IMG/VR virus record: IMGVR_UViG_3300036770_005137
Coordinates: 1-63,273 of that record
Origin: a virus
Taxonomy: Duplodnaviria; Caudoviricetes
DNA length: 63,273 bases
Strand: one strand, 5' to 3'
The notes beneath the pieces are model-generated. The model saw only the letters and a program-made list of their open reading frames with translations. It ran no database searches and was not told where the DNA came from. The first letter of the stretch is position 1. Each line of letters begins with the position of its first letter. Below, in pieces: positions 47,301 to 55,503 of the stretch. Position numbers and translations under genes: made by a program.

Positions 47301-50300
47301 ACTAGCCCAGATGTAAAAATCCTTTGCTCATCTGATACAATGCTAGGTAGAACTAAGTCACTTAACTTTATTCGTAAATTCGTTTCAGAATAAACTAGTT
47401 GTTGATTTAAATTACGAATTATTCTACTACGATCAAGACATAAAGCAATAACGTTCGAAGGCTCCATTAATAAAGCAGCTTGCAGAAGTGAAAAGGCGTA
47501 GTAACTACTACGTCTCCAAGCAGTTTCCACAGGTCCTTGGTCACCGAAGGTATAATACCCTCCTTGTGTAGGATTTATTAATCCTTTAACATATCCTGCT
47601 TGTAAAGGATTAGCAAGATTACCTTGACTGTCTACTGGCTTCCCGTAATTTAAAATAGTCTTTATAAATTTTTTATTAACTTTAACTGCTTTTCCTGGTT
47701 CTCTAATGATGCCGTCTCTGATATCATCCCATAAAACAAAATTATCACTGGTATATGGAGCAATACCATATACATCTTTCCACCAGGTAGGTTCAATACT
47801 AAATCCTAGACATTCCCAAGGATGTGTATGAGGACGATCAGTGTCTAATATCCAGCGATAAATTCCTCTCCAAAATGCAGGTAAGGTTGTATCGTTAGGC
47901 AGACTAAACCCTCTATAGTTATAAGTCCAAGGATTTAGATAGTCCCACAGATCATTATTTTGAGCTGTAAAATCATTTTGTATTAGGCTTGTCCATTGAA
48001 AGAAATACTGACTAAGAATATTCTCATGCTCTGTTTTAGAGTATGCAGTAGGACGATCTAGTCCTGGAACATAATTCCAAATATCAAATATACTAGGATC
48101 ATACTTTATTTTAATATTATTGAATATTCTTTTTTCTAACTCAAGTAAAACTTGATCTCTGTAATCATTAAATCCTATAGTGATACTTCCATCATGGCCT
48201 TGAATAACTGTTGTAGGTTCTAAATAAGTATCGTCAATATAAATCTTAGGCTCATAAGCAGGATACAATCCTAATTTAGTAGGTGTTGGAGGGCAATAGC
48301 TTCCATCCGTATTTTCATATTCATAAACTTCTAACAGGTCTTCTTCTTGTAGGTCTGTTAAAATAGTAAAGAAATCGCTGTTAAATTCATAATCTCTTCC
48401 GTGTAATAACTGCGTATTATTACGATAAATTAACACAGATTTATTTGATAATTCTTCCAAACTAAAAACAGACCCTAATGGATATATTTTAGTCCTTGAA
48501 TCTAATACACGATATTCAAAACGCTTATTAGCCGTATAAGCAAACATGTCACTTAAAAAGTAAGGATCAGTTTTAGGGCGATCCTTATTAAGACTATCTA
48601 ATATAATATCTACCATCTGCTTAGGTTCAGTTTGAACTCCAATCTCAGAAGACGCTACTAGAAAAGCTGTTTTAAACTTGCCATAATCAAATCGAGCTTT
48701 TTCTAAAGCAGATACCACATTAAAATCTTTAGTTCCTAAAAAGTATAGACTAGAATTTAAAGGAGCACTATGTTGAACAAATCTTGTTCCATATTGTGTT
48801 ACCATTCCTATATCACGAAGATTATTGTCTCCTGGAAATATTCCTTTAAAATTATCTAAATTATCAATAATACTATCGACATGATCAATCACTTCGCCTA
48901 ACGTAAAAGTTAAAAGGTCATCATTCAAAGGATTATTTTGCAAATTTATTGGAATTTCATAATGTCCATTTTGGTTCTTTGGTTGCTTCGAATACAATTT
49001 TAATGTTACAATGTCCGATGTTGTTACAGCATTATATAAGAATACCTCTTTTCTTACCGGACCATTGACAACGAAAAATTTATCATTAAGAATTTTTTTA
49101 TGGTTTATATAAACTTTAACTTTTAAATCGCTAAGGTCAAGATTATCATCAAAAGTATCGATAGGAAAACCTTTATTGACACCATCAATATCATGATTTT
49201 TAAAAACTCTTATAACAGGTTGAGTATCAATGATTTCACTTTTTATCCATCCGTTAGTATAACTAAAATCATTTAGAGAGTTTATTTTTCTTAAAAAACC
49301 AACATTTATAATTTTTGATAAAACTGTAGATACATTCTTATAAGTGAAAGTATCATTTAATAAATTATACTCAAATACAATATCTCCGACATTGCTGATA
49401 TTTCTATATGTTAGACTGAATCCTAATTCTGCGTCTGCGCTACCTGTTCCAACTTTATAAGAAAATATTTTAGTTCCTTTAAAACTCGAACCATCATAGT
49501 AGCTAAAATCACTAAAACTATTTCCATCCTGGTCAAACATATCAAATAACGGTGCTTGATTAGCATCAAATTTAATTTGTCCTAGTTTCCAACTAGTTCC
49601 GTTATACCAATACATCAGCCCTTGATTACCTGTGATATTATATTCAATGCCTTGTTGAACAATCTTAACAGGCTCGGACATTCCTTTGTTAACTAAAACA
49701 GTCTCATACTTTTGTGGTTCATTGTCGGGCTCTTGTGTTAAATTAATTTGCCTTCTTATGCCACTGAAAACTTCTAAGCTATGTATACTATCACCGGTAG
49801 CTAAAATGTCAACAACATTTTGTAATAGTATATCTGTGTATAATTGTAAAGTTTGTTCATCAATAACCTTAACATAATAAACTTTTCTATGTATTAATCC
49901 TTGTAGTTGAATATTACCGTTGCTTAGATACACAACTTGATCACCGTTTATCAATCCGTGATCTGTATCACACTTAATAGTGTCTGTGGCTACATTGACA
50001 CTACCGGCTGAATCTGAAGGTGCTAATGCACTAAAGTTCAAACGTCTACCTGGAATTGTAAGGTTAATAAAGTTAACCTTAAAAATTCGACCATTAACTA
50101 ACCTATCTGGATCAGCTGTAAATAGAACTCTCATTCCGTCAGTTAAGTCTACACCATCAATGTTATAACCTAAACTACCTTCAATAGTGCTAAAGACGTC
50201 TGTGGTAAAATTATCAATTAAGTCAACATTCTTTTTATTAACATGTCCAAAGTTATAAAGTTTTAGGTCTGAATCAAATTCGATAATAGGCCTTGATGCT

Positions 50301-51556
50301 CGTAAACTTTGATCAATCTCAAAGTTACTTCCTCTAACTTCTGCTGTTTTTTTCAATACATCTTGGTGGAACCATCTGTTCACACGAGACCAAGGATTCT
50401 TGTCTTTACTAGACCTTTCAACAACAATATAGTCTTTCGACTTTGGATAGGTAGTTTGTGTGCTAAAAGGAACGTTATCAAAAGGATCGTCATCAAATAA
50501 TAAAGATTTTTCTTCTGTATATGTTCCAGTTATTTCTAGATCATTAGCATTAATGAGCCTAATTGCAGTCCCTACTCCTTCAACAAACCAAAAGCCATCT
50601 TTATAAATTTCAGGAGAAGTATTACCAACAAAGCTTAATTTCATTCCGTTGGAGAAACTTAACCCATCAGGTAATGTATAAGTTTTCTTTCCTATAATAT
50701 CTTTTTCAACATCTAAGAATGTGTTTTCTTCTATGTCTTTGATGATGAGTATACCACCGATATTTGGATCAACTTCGCTTAGATAGTAAAGAACATCAGG
50801 AGCGTTCATTGGAACATTAAAAATCATTTCTCCTATAACTATACCATTGGCACTAACGATGCCAGGATTATTTGTATAACGATCCAAATCTCCCACTGTT
50901 CTTAAATTCTTAATACTGAAAGGATGATCACTACTGTTAATACTAAATCTGTATGTTTGACCTCTATATAAGGTTAACGTAGGGTTTCTTGTTAAACCGT
51001 CAGGTGTTAAAAGATAAGCATAACTATCACCTTGATCTTCTAAAACAACAGTATATGTGCTGTCAATCGCAAGTTGTTGTCCTTGAACATCTATAGGATC
51101 TGGACCGTAGGGTAACCAATAATACTGTTGAAAATTAACAAATTTGTCCCAGTTAATATGTGGATTCCAGCTATAAAATTCTTGATGATTTAATCTAGAA
51201 TGATTGTTTGTTAAGCCATTTAATACATCAATATGATTGATATGATCAATATAATCTTTGAAAAAATCTACATTACCAAATCTGTCTTGAACTACAGCAG
51301 CAGGTTCTAGCTGATAATCTTGTCTAATTTTATCTGCTGCTGCTATAAACACATCATCATAATTGACACTTTCAGCATTTTGTCTACCAACAAACCCACT
51401 GAGCTTCTTTACAGTTCCAGGCTGTATTAATTGATCTAACGTAGAGAATAAAAATTTCTTATTAGACTGAGTTCGATAAAATCTCGGTAATAAATCAGAA
51501 CTTTTTCTTTTTCTATTTCCGTTAATCGGTAAAGGTGATTCGTTATCAAAAGACAT
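38303..51556 (-). CDS. giant (4417 aa) virion/baseplate protein, in the position of a gp7-like wedge subunit
   Basis: Uninterrupted 13.25 kb ORF coupled to the gp6-like gene; propeller-like repeats, GxGY repeats and ADGST repeats. Confidence 0.75.
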   Translation of the reverse strand: MSFDNESPLPINGNRKRKSSDLLPRFYRTQSNKKFLFSTLDQLIQPGTVKKLSGFVGRQNAESVNYDDVFIAAADKIRQDYQLEPAAVVQDRFGNVDFFKDYIDHINHIDVLNGLTNNHSRLNHQEFYSWNPHINWDKFVNFQQYYWLPYGPDPIDVQGQQLAIDSTYTVVLEDQGDSYAYLLTPDGLTRNPTLTLYRGQTYRFSINSSDHPFSIKNLRTVGDLDRYTNNPGIVSANGIVIGEMIFNVPMNAPDVLYYLSEVDPNIGGILIIKDIEENTFLDVEKDIIGKKTYTLPDGLSFSNGMKLSFVGNTSPEIYKDGFWFVEGVGTAIRLINANDLEITGTYTEEKSLLFDDDPFDNVPFSTQTTYPKSKDYIVVERSSKDKNPWSRVNRWFHQDVLKKTAEVRGSNFEIDQSLRASRPIIEFDSDLKLYNFGHVNKKNVDLIDNFTTDVFSTIEGSLGYNIDGVDLTDGMRVLFTADPDRLVNGRIFKVNFINLTIPGRRLNFSALAPSDSAGSVNVATDTIKCDTDHGLINGDQVVYLSNGNIQLQGLIHRKVYYVKVIDEQTLQLYTDILLQNVVDILATGDSIHSLEVFSGIRRQINLTQEPDNEPQKYETVLVNKGMSEPVKIVQQGIEYNITGNQGLMYWYNGTSWKLGQIKFDANQAPLFDMFDQDGNSFSDFSYYDGSSFKGTKIFSYKVGTGSADAELGFSLTYRNISNVGDIVFEYNLLNDTFTYKNVSTVLSKIINVGFLRKINSLNDFSYTNGWIKSEIIDTQPVIRVFKNHDIDGVNKGFPIDTFDDNLDLSDLKVKVYINHKKILNDKFFVVNGPVRKEVFLYNAVTTSDIVTLKLYSKQPKNQNGHYEIPINLQNNPLNDDLLTFTLGEVIDHVDSIIDNLDNFKGIFPGDNNLRDIGMVTQYGTRFVQHSAPLNSSLYFLGTKDFNVVSALEKARFDYGKFKTAFLVASSEIGVQTEPKQMVDIILDSLNKDRPKTDPYFLSDMFAYTANKRFEYRVLDSRTKIYPLGSVFSLEELSNKSVLIYRNNTQLLHGRDYEFNSDFFTILTDLQEEDLLEVYEYENTDGSYCPPTPTKLGLYPAYEPKIYIDDTYLEPTTVIQGHDGSITIGFNDYRDQVLLELEKRIFNNIKIKYDPSIFDIWNYVPGLDRPTAYSKTEHENILSQYFFQWTSLIQNDFTAQNNDLWDYLNPWTYNYRGFSLPNDTTLPAFWRGIYRWILDTDRPHTHPWECLGFSIEPTWWKDVYGIAPYTSDNFVLWDDIRDGIIREPGKAVKVNKKFIKTILNYGKPVDSQGNLANPLQAGYVKGLINPTQGGYYTFGDQGPVETAWRRSSYYAFSLLQAALLMEPSNVIALCLDRSRIIRNLNQQLVYSETNLRIKLSDLVLPSIVSDEQRIFTSGLVNYIVNNISVELEEPILKLKFQLDSITNKLAIRLGGFTSQEKCKIILESKNPNSTSGIFVPDENYKIFFNKSSPTKELIYSGILITKYADGYEVRGYNKDQPYFKYYSYIKAGREVNVGGISESYINWDSGQRYLAGQLVNYNNVYYRVKISHTTETFFDNSLYTKLNRLPLIGGRDIFIRKDFSDRIENIVSYGTKFYSIQDVVDFILGYGAYLESQGFKFDDYNSNLKLVENWETSAKEFAFWTTQNWAAGSALSISPAANNLNFSSDISVIDNIKDSFYGYKIFRVDGELLDDNFVNSYREDNSFNLTPSSTNHGIYGAVLRLVQKEHVILLDNNTLFNDVIYDLEPGYRHEKLKIQGYITTDWNGGFNIPGFIYDEARIVDWQPWTDYNLGDIVFYKDFYYSASKFLPGTELLNEEDWIILDQKPVSQLLPNWDYKAEQFTDYYDLDSDNFDVEQQKLAQHLIGYQKRQYLQNIINDDISQYKFYQGMIAEKGTQNVLNKLFDVLSSDNQESLTFNEEWAVRVGTYGASAVYDEIEFNLNESMINLNPQPVELTEEIVDDPDFVYRIKSSSVYIKPIGYNENIWPTGEVKKFLRTPGYVRYNDVKLNLDTLDEILTKEIDLFTEGDYVWTAFLSPPKLWSVYRFTKVNLKLESVQYKNGSLILIAESIPSLSPNQIIGIDNVDIIKGFYKITSITGRSIFITKTIDKWEKDINADSSACLIYEFKESRIDHIDNANNYIPDYIKTNELLWVDNDGSNKNTVYQYNAVYDRSYVSNFNLQEDNLLIGKSIAVSKNGSTSAIADQNQITIFYKNVGNGSWRQQHTITSFNTTSLEFANNVSLSDDGLWLAVSEKFISTSEVIHFYKKNDVYGEFLYFQTITSPVAVNKQFGSVIVLTKELDQYVCAVAVPSVDEVFVYNITEDSDAQWVLTQNIKEPNIGVCRYGQSIDLSGQGAVLVVGAPDINSVFVYSRVSGGYDKEQVITDNQSTQLGFSLSISDDGATIAAGAIDDDSVLVNSGKVDVYKLTESGYVKSQTIKSNFLTSFESFGYYVKFMNNDQTLVIFAVNGDVNNYSTFDQAATTFDNNTLRFNDIKFNSGRVDVYDKYSENYIYGESLSTDSGTDLTDRYGYSIGVGSNSILVSSIREDVDNFTNLGVIFNYYKQPNTFSWTKKYQQADKIISSRFKKVYLYDTESNELLKYLDVVDVAQGKVVGIADQEIRFKTFYDPATYSIGSELVNVDEGQAWNKQYVGMLWWDLTKAKFIENNLGNTVYRSSNWNQLYETASIDIYEWVETKYKPSEWDTLSGTEKGDSLGISGVSKYGNTVYSIRQSYDVTSQSFKNVYYYWVKNPTIIPNVQDRKLSASDVSKLISDPVAQGYPCISFTGSNTFILVNLARFVKADKTNLNIEYWTVDDHLTKSNKHSQWKLISNHEKTIIPVEIEKKWLDSLLGKDDFDRVIPNLKLNLKKRYGISNRPRQGMFVNRLEALKQLIESVNSVMKKHIIVDDYDISDLFLKEIAPSASSGEWDESVDTVDELRFINTSLVTPAVLEPVIDNGRIVDISIVSPGYGYKNSPYIEVQGIGKRAKLRSTINNLGQVTGVQVINSGEGYLIDTALTIRNFAVLVKSDVNVSGSWSVYSYNQQLSSYEKVKSQGYDTTRYWKYIDWYETGYNQFTKIDHLVTNTYGLYTLYAEIGQVVKVENVGSGGWLLLEKYNDKVTLDYTENYNVIGRQAGTIQFLQSLYDFSVDVVGYDNHLYDSQYYDNVPVQELRIILNVLKTKILVDDLYPDYLNLFFNSLRYVLYEQPFVDWVTKTSFVKSKHNLGELKQKVTYKNDSLDNFEDYIKEVKPYRTKIREFVSSYNRLEQSRMSVTDFDIPPYVNDLYQVANINLNISDDSSLNPKLSEYPWKHWRDNVGFKIIDLVIVDGGSGYISNPVVRINGDSKIQAQAKAYVSVGKLNRIQITNYGSGYLSVPEVIIDGGLSSTGVAARAVAVIESEVVRSNKVSMKFDRTTKSNPIQDITITETFQGTGSQLQFVLKYAARTERNSYSVTINGIDVLKDSCSLIVKTTSVKGFTSYYGVLTFETAPARNDVIVINYIVGFEHLNALDRIKHYYDPTVGMLGNDFNQLMTGIDYGGVDIQGLINFVGTGGWDSDNWGDGFWGEEDEGFEDQIFEIDQSSSYGPFEFNYVPQAGQQINVYLKRPIISALNEYTEIRLDDPNFGTPNPVTNLNAVMQTIIGDGITSAYILPNPTNNPPLDLEPGDLIIFRKNTSDGSKSPKPDDYDTQLQGGNLAYTTATGVDPSEVIVDGDGLITPTTSYAPEEVVPGQVVDALALKVFQLPTSTSAKIFFKNYIADGSTEDFSALQIPQNTSAVIVKVGYEIKKQNVDYTFDWYTKNISFTTAPTAGSVVSVISMGYVSEKILDLDHFVADGSTVEFVTSALFTENLGHIVLVNGQSVDYEVFETDSEYAAIYRVGIRFGLAPTANSLITYMITDDQNYSASIVKSEQISADGSTVEFPLVNMVGVKDPLSSNVLVIKNGEILNPSLNEYFTLSGNVLIYTMSKYEQLPGTIDASKIKVYLNGSLLQVGLDYTLDLTGFSVILNTNTYVEDGILIVSNLTNSQYRIDSTSSSPSIVFASAPLNTDYIEVISFYNHDILDIVRTQESITSSAALDIDTPDYYRYRNLQGRRFKLFRPVKVDDYVWIIKNNKLLTHSIDFYLDNDFQQVVLANNVISTDILDVITFGSGESIEGYGFMQFKDMLNRFHYKRLNKSKTTRLTQDLRQNDLTIEVFDGSVLDIPDVGLNIPGIIEINGERIEYFQKVGNSLSKLRRGTLGTGAPTIHRADSLVINLGSSETVPYQDVQKIERVIGEPTSSISVSFDPTVESKEFTTQTDNDGVEVFVGGLRLRKSSYDMFDYSNGYPYSPEGDDVNISSEFTVSGNNISLSSNVPENVEVLVVKKTGAIWEDSVDTALQDSSTVQAKFIVQVATFYPEYPK

Positions 51557-54500
51557 TATTGATTTCCTGAACTAATAATTGTTTGCTGCACAGTATAATA
51601 AGGTGTGTAAGAAATAGTTCCAGAAGACTTAATTCTACTTGCTGTAACAGAGCTGATAATTTCAACATCATCAATGGTTGCAGAGCTTACAAAAATCTGA
51701 TCTTTTTCTGACTTAATTTCTAATAAACTACCAAATGTTAATCCCTGCTTCTTTGGAACAATTAAAAAATTAACGATGTTAGTGGCTAACTTATTCATTA
51801 CGTAAGTAGACAATTCTGTAAAATAAAAGTTATCCCCAAAGTCCCAATTATCAATCGCGAAAAATTCATTTACAGCACTTATAACCTTGCTTTTAATATC
51901 GTTGTCGCTTATCACTATTTCATTATTTTTAACTACTTTAAATATGGCTTGCAGATCAATACTAGCATTACTACCGAATAATACTTTATATCTAGCAGGA
52001 TGATAGATAATCTCATCACTGATTGTTTTGATCTTATTCAGCTCACCGCCTAACATATTATACAAGGAATCTGTGCTAGGAGGTAAAGGCATAACAGATC
52101 TTGTTCCGTCTAAATATTCTCTAAACTGCTTGTCGTATTGTTTGGTTAAAACAAATACATCAATAAGATTTGTTAATCCTGGATCAATCCTTGACTCGTA
52201 ATCAGCGTTATGAATATATTGAAATTTGATTTTATCTCGACCAATAAAACAACGATAATCCAAACTTACTACAAGTTCTGATGTATCTCGATTTAATTTT
52301 TTAACAACATCTTTATCAACAAAATAAAAATATTGTCCATCATTGAATATGCTTAAATCTGTTAACTCTGACTCGGAATTTTTAATTAACACAATTTCAT
52401 CTAAGTTATCAGTATATCTATAATCTTCTTGCTGGTCTTCAATAGTATATAATTCTTGTATGACATATGCGTTTTGTAATGAATATGTTGATGTAGCAAT
52501 AATGTCTTCAAATATATCTGGGTTGTCAACTACTGCATCATCATCACTATCAGCAAAACTAACTTGAATTTTCTTGGTGTCTACATAGCCGTCAAGACCT
52601 CTAAACTCTTCAACTATTTCCCAATCTTTATCTACAGTAAAATTCTTTAATAAGCTCGAAGAATAATCTATGTTAACATTTAAAACTTTTATTTTATCTT
52701 TTTCTACTGTGTTAGTTCTAGTGTCGTAGATTTTGTCACTACTGTCAAAATAAAATCTTACTTGCTTATCACTTTCAAAAATATACCTTAATAATCTAAA
52801 ACTTACAGTGTAGTATTCTGTATCTGTGGAAAAATTTACTAGCCAACTACTATCTAATTTTTGATTAGTATTGTCTCCGGTTTGCCCTAGGCTAAACTTG
52901 TCTGTAAGATTTAAATTTACTTCATATATAATGTTCCAAGCACTAGAAGCTTGATCGTAACGTAGTCCAAAAGGTTTATGAGCATATACTAAATCAATTA
53001 TTGAACTTATTACATTTTGATTTAGGGTTGTTTTAAAAGGTGCCACTATACTAGTTAATAGAGCACTTGAAGGAACAATATCATTTAGTTTTACTGCGCC
53101 AGTTCCGTCGGTAAGAACTCCGGTTCCTCCGTTAGTTCCATCTCCTGCAACATAGACAACCTTAGAATAGATATACTTTACAGTGCCGAAACCGTTATCA
53201 GTTGTTAAAGCATTATCTTTTAATTTGTTAAAATAATATCCATTAGGTGCTTGAAATTTTAAAATACTTCCTGGCAATACAGATTTTAATAATGTAGTTG
53301 TGTAGGTTCCTAGTTTTAAAGCTACAGAACTAGTTACATTATTTTTTAAGAATCCTGTAGATAAATTAGTCTCTGATGTTATTTCAGTCCAACTTACATT
53401 TAAATCTGAAGTTAAAATTTTAGTAAACTTATTGTAATAGTAGTCTCTTAGAGTAGTTTTACTCATAAAATCATATAACTGATTTAGTATAACAGATTCT
53501 ATATCACTCTTAGTATCAAATTTAAATTGGAAACTATCTATGTATTCTTCTTTATAAACAACACCATCATCAGCAAATAGATTAGTTTTACTATACTTGC
53601 CGGTAGGATCTACTAAATCAAAATATCTGCTGATTCCGCTGCTGCTGCGATTAACTGACTTGACCTTCATCACTTGTTGACTAACACTGAAAGGTGAAAT
53701 GTTATAATCTTCAGCTGTGATCATTCTATTCTGAGTGTAATAAGTCGCAGGTGCTTTCTTTTTAATATCAGCAGAACTCTCTGGCTCTGCACTATTATTC
53801 ACACTGGTAACTAAACTTAAACTTAGAATAACTGTTTCAGGTTTAGAAAAATTACTGATGTAAGGTATTTCAATGCTGATATTACGCATATCACGAGGAT
53901 TAATTGTATAACTTATCCCTTCGCTTGTTCTATAGTATACTCTGAATTTTCCTAAAGGAATATTTCCAAAAACACCATCACTAAATTGTAGTGTCACTCT
54001 ATCATTGGATCTTGTAATTACAGTATAAAAATTTCTTATAGACTTTTCCAAGCTATTGTATATTACATTATTACCTTCAACAGAACTTAACTTTTTCCAA
54101 TATTCTACTTCAGCATTGCCTTGACTTAGTTTGTAAAGCCATACGTCTGTGTCATTAATATTATTAGCATCAATATCTAATGTTTCATTTGGTGCTGGTT
54201 GTGTAAATGTAAAAGTTCCTTGATTCAATTGTCCTTGTTTGAACAACATAAAAAACCCTGTATTAGAACTGGCATTACCTTTTCCATCATTACGATATAA
54301 AAAAGCGAACCTATTTCCCAGGGCAGGCGGTTCTTCATAAATTTCATCAGAATTTTGAAAAGTAGAACTTGTTATTTCAAAACTCATATTTCTACCATCT
54401 ATGTTTTTATCAAAATTAAAAATTGGCACATCTAAGTTGCTACTTTGAAACCTATATTGCTCGGTTGGAATACCATAAATTGTAGCTTTATCTTCAGGAC

Positions 54501-55014
54501 TACCAAACTGTCGTGTTGATGGCAGTGCAGCATTAATTACTTTGATAAACTGATCATACCAATTAGGGTTACTTGGATCGTTCCAAGTTATAACCTGACC
54601 TGTTAAATTTCTATTATTACTATCTAAAATATTTTGGGTTGTTTGAACGCTGGTAATTTTTAATAAACCGCTTCCTGGAATATTTCTTTTAACATTATAG
54701 CTTAGTAGACGTGCCAGTCTTAACACACTTTCTCTACGTTCAGCTAACTCTAAAAAATTATCTCTACTATTTAAATCAACGCGATAGGCAATGCTTTGCC
54801 CTAAAAAAGCAATAAGGTCAATTAGAGCAAGGTATTCGCTGCTTTCAATATAATCATTAAAATCTTCAGGATAATTTTCTCTGATATAACTAATCATTAC
54901 CCTGCGTAGATTTTCAAAATCGTAGCTCTGAAAATCTGCGTTACGAAAACTCTGATATATTCTACGCCAGTCTTCGGCCACTAATAATCTATTTTGTCTA
55001 TCAGTTATTGACAT
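51556..55014 (-). CDS. baseplate wedge subunit (T4 gp6-like)
   Basis: YDFENLR...EDFNDYIESS, ESVLRLARLLSY, FSDGVFG and QNRMITAEDY. Confidence 0.85.
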   Translation of the reverse strand: MSITDRQNRLLVAEDWRRIYQSFRNADFQSYDFENLRRVMISYIRENYPEDFNDYIESSEYLALIDLIAFLGQSIAYRVDLNSRDNFLELAERRESVLRLARLLSYNVKRNIPGSGLLKITSVQTTQNILDSNNRNLTGQVITWNDPSNPNWYDQFIKVINAALPSTRQFGSPEDKATIYGIPTEQYRFQSSNLDVPIFNFDKNIDGRNMSFEITSSTFQNSDEIYEEPPALGNRFAFLYRNDGKGNASSNTGFFMLFKQGQLNQGTFTFTQPAPNETLDIDANNINDTDVWLYKLSQGNAEVEYWKKLSSVEGNNVIYNSLEKSIRNFYTVITRSNDRVTLQFSDGVFGNIPLGKFRVYYRTSEGISYTINPRDMRNISIEIPYISNFSKPETVILSLSLVTSVNNSAEPESSADIKKKAPATYYTQNRMITAEDYNISPFSVSQQVMKVKSVNRSSSGISRYFDLVDPTGKYSKTNLFADDGVVYKEEYIDSFQFKFDTKSDIESVILNQLYDFMSKTTLRDYYYNKFTKILTSDLNVSWTEITSETNLSTGFLKNNVTSSVALKLGTYTTTLLKSVLPGSILKFQAPNGYYFNKLKDNALTTDNGFGTVKYIYSKVVYVAGDGTNGGTGVLTDGTGAVKLNDIVPSSALLTSIVAPFKTTLNQNVISSIIDLVYAHKPFGLRYDQASSAWNIIYEVNLNLTDKFSLGQTGDNTNQKLDSSWLVNFSTDTEYYTVSFRLLRYIFESDKQVRFYFDSSDKIYDTRTNTVEKDKIKVLNVNIDYSSSLLKNFTVDKDWEIVEEFRGLDGYVDTKKIQVSFADSDDDAVVDNPDIFEDIIATSTYSLQNAYVIQELYTIEDQQEDYRYTDNLDEIVLIKNSESELTDLSIFNDGQYFYFVDKDVVKKLNRDTSELVVSLDYRCFIGRDKIKFQYIHNADYESRIDPGLTNLIDVFVLTKQYDKQFREYLDGTRSVMPLPPSTDSLYNMLGGELNKIKTISDEIIYHPARYKVLFGSNASIDLQAIFKVVKNNEIVISDNDIKSKVISAVNEFFAIDNWDFGDNFYFTELSTYVMNKLATNIVNFLIVPKKQGLTFGSLLEIKSEKDQIFVSSATIDDVEIISSVTASRIKSSGTISYTPYYTVQQTIISSGNQ

Positions 55015-55032
55015 GTTTATTCCAGTTTTTAA

Positions 55033-55039
55033 TATTTAT
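55033..55039 (-). promoter_or_regulatory. T4-like late promoter motif
   Basis: Minus strand ATAAATAT upstream of the gp6-like start. Confidence 0.55.
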
Positions 55040-55059
55040 TTCACTAATTAACTGCGTTT

Positions 55060-55503
55060 TTAACTCATTACAATACCATTTTCTTGATCGAATCTAAACT
55101 GTAACGCTTCTTGTATGTTGTATGGATAATAAGTTAGCACACATTCAATTTGTAAACCAGTATCATAACTAGTTACTATAACTTGCTCAGCCCGTGTTCT
55201 AGGATCATAATTAATAATTTGTTCAACATTACGGATTATCAATCGTTTTAGATCCTCAGTTAGTGGCTCAAATATAACATCCCATATAATAGTTCCGAAC
55301 TCAGGTTGTTCTAAGCGTTCACCCATTCTGATATGGAAATTATTAATTAAATCTTGTTTGATAAGTTGCAGGTCGTAAAGAGTAAAACTGCTAGCTTCAG
55401 CATTTATCGTACTGAAACCTCTATAAGTTTTAGATCCAGGAATAAACTTAGTTTTTGCGTTTGTTAAAGTAACTTTATCGTATAATTTACTATTTGCTGT
55501 CAT
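55060..55503 (-). CDS. baseplate wedge subunit (T4 gp25-like)
   Basis: GERLEQPEFGTIIWDVIFEP and YDPR. Confidence 0.9.
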   Translation of the reverse strand: MTANSKLYDKVTLTNAKTKFIPGSKTYRGFSTINAEASSFTLYDLQLIKQDLINNFHIRMGERLEQPEFGTIIWDVIFEPLTEDLKRLIIRNVEQIINYDPRTRAEQVIVTSYDTGLQIECVLTYYPYNIQEALQFRFDQENGIVMS

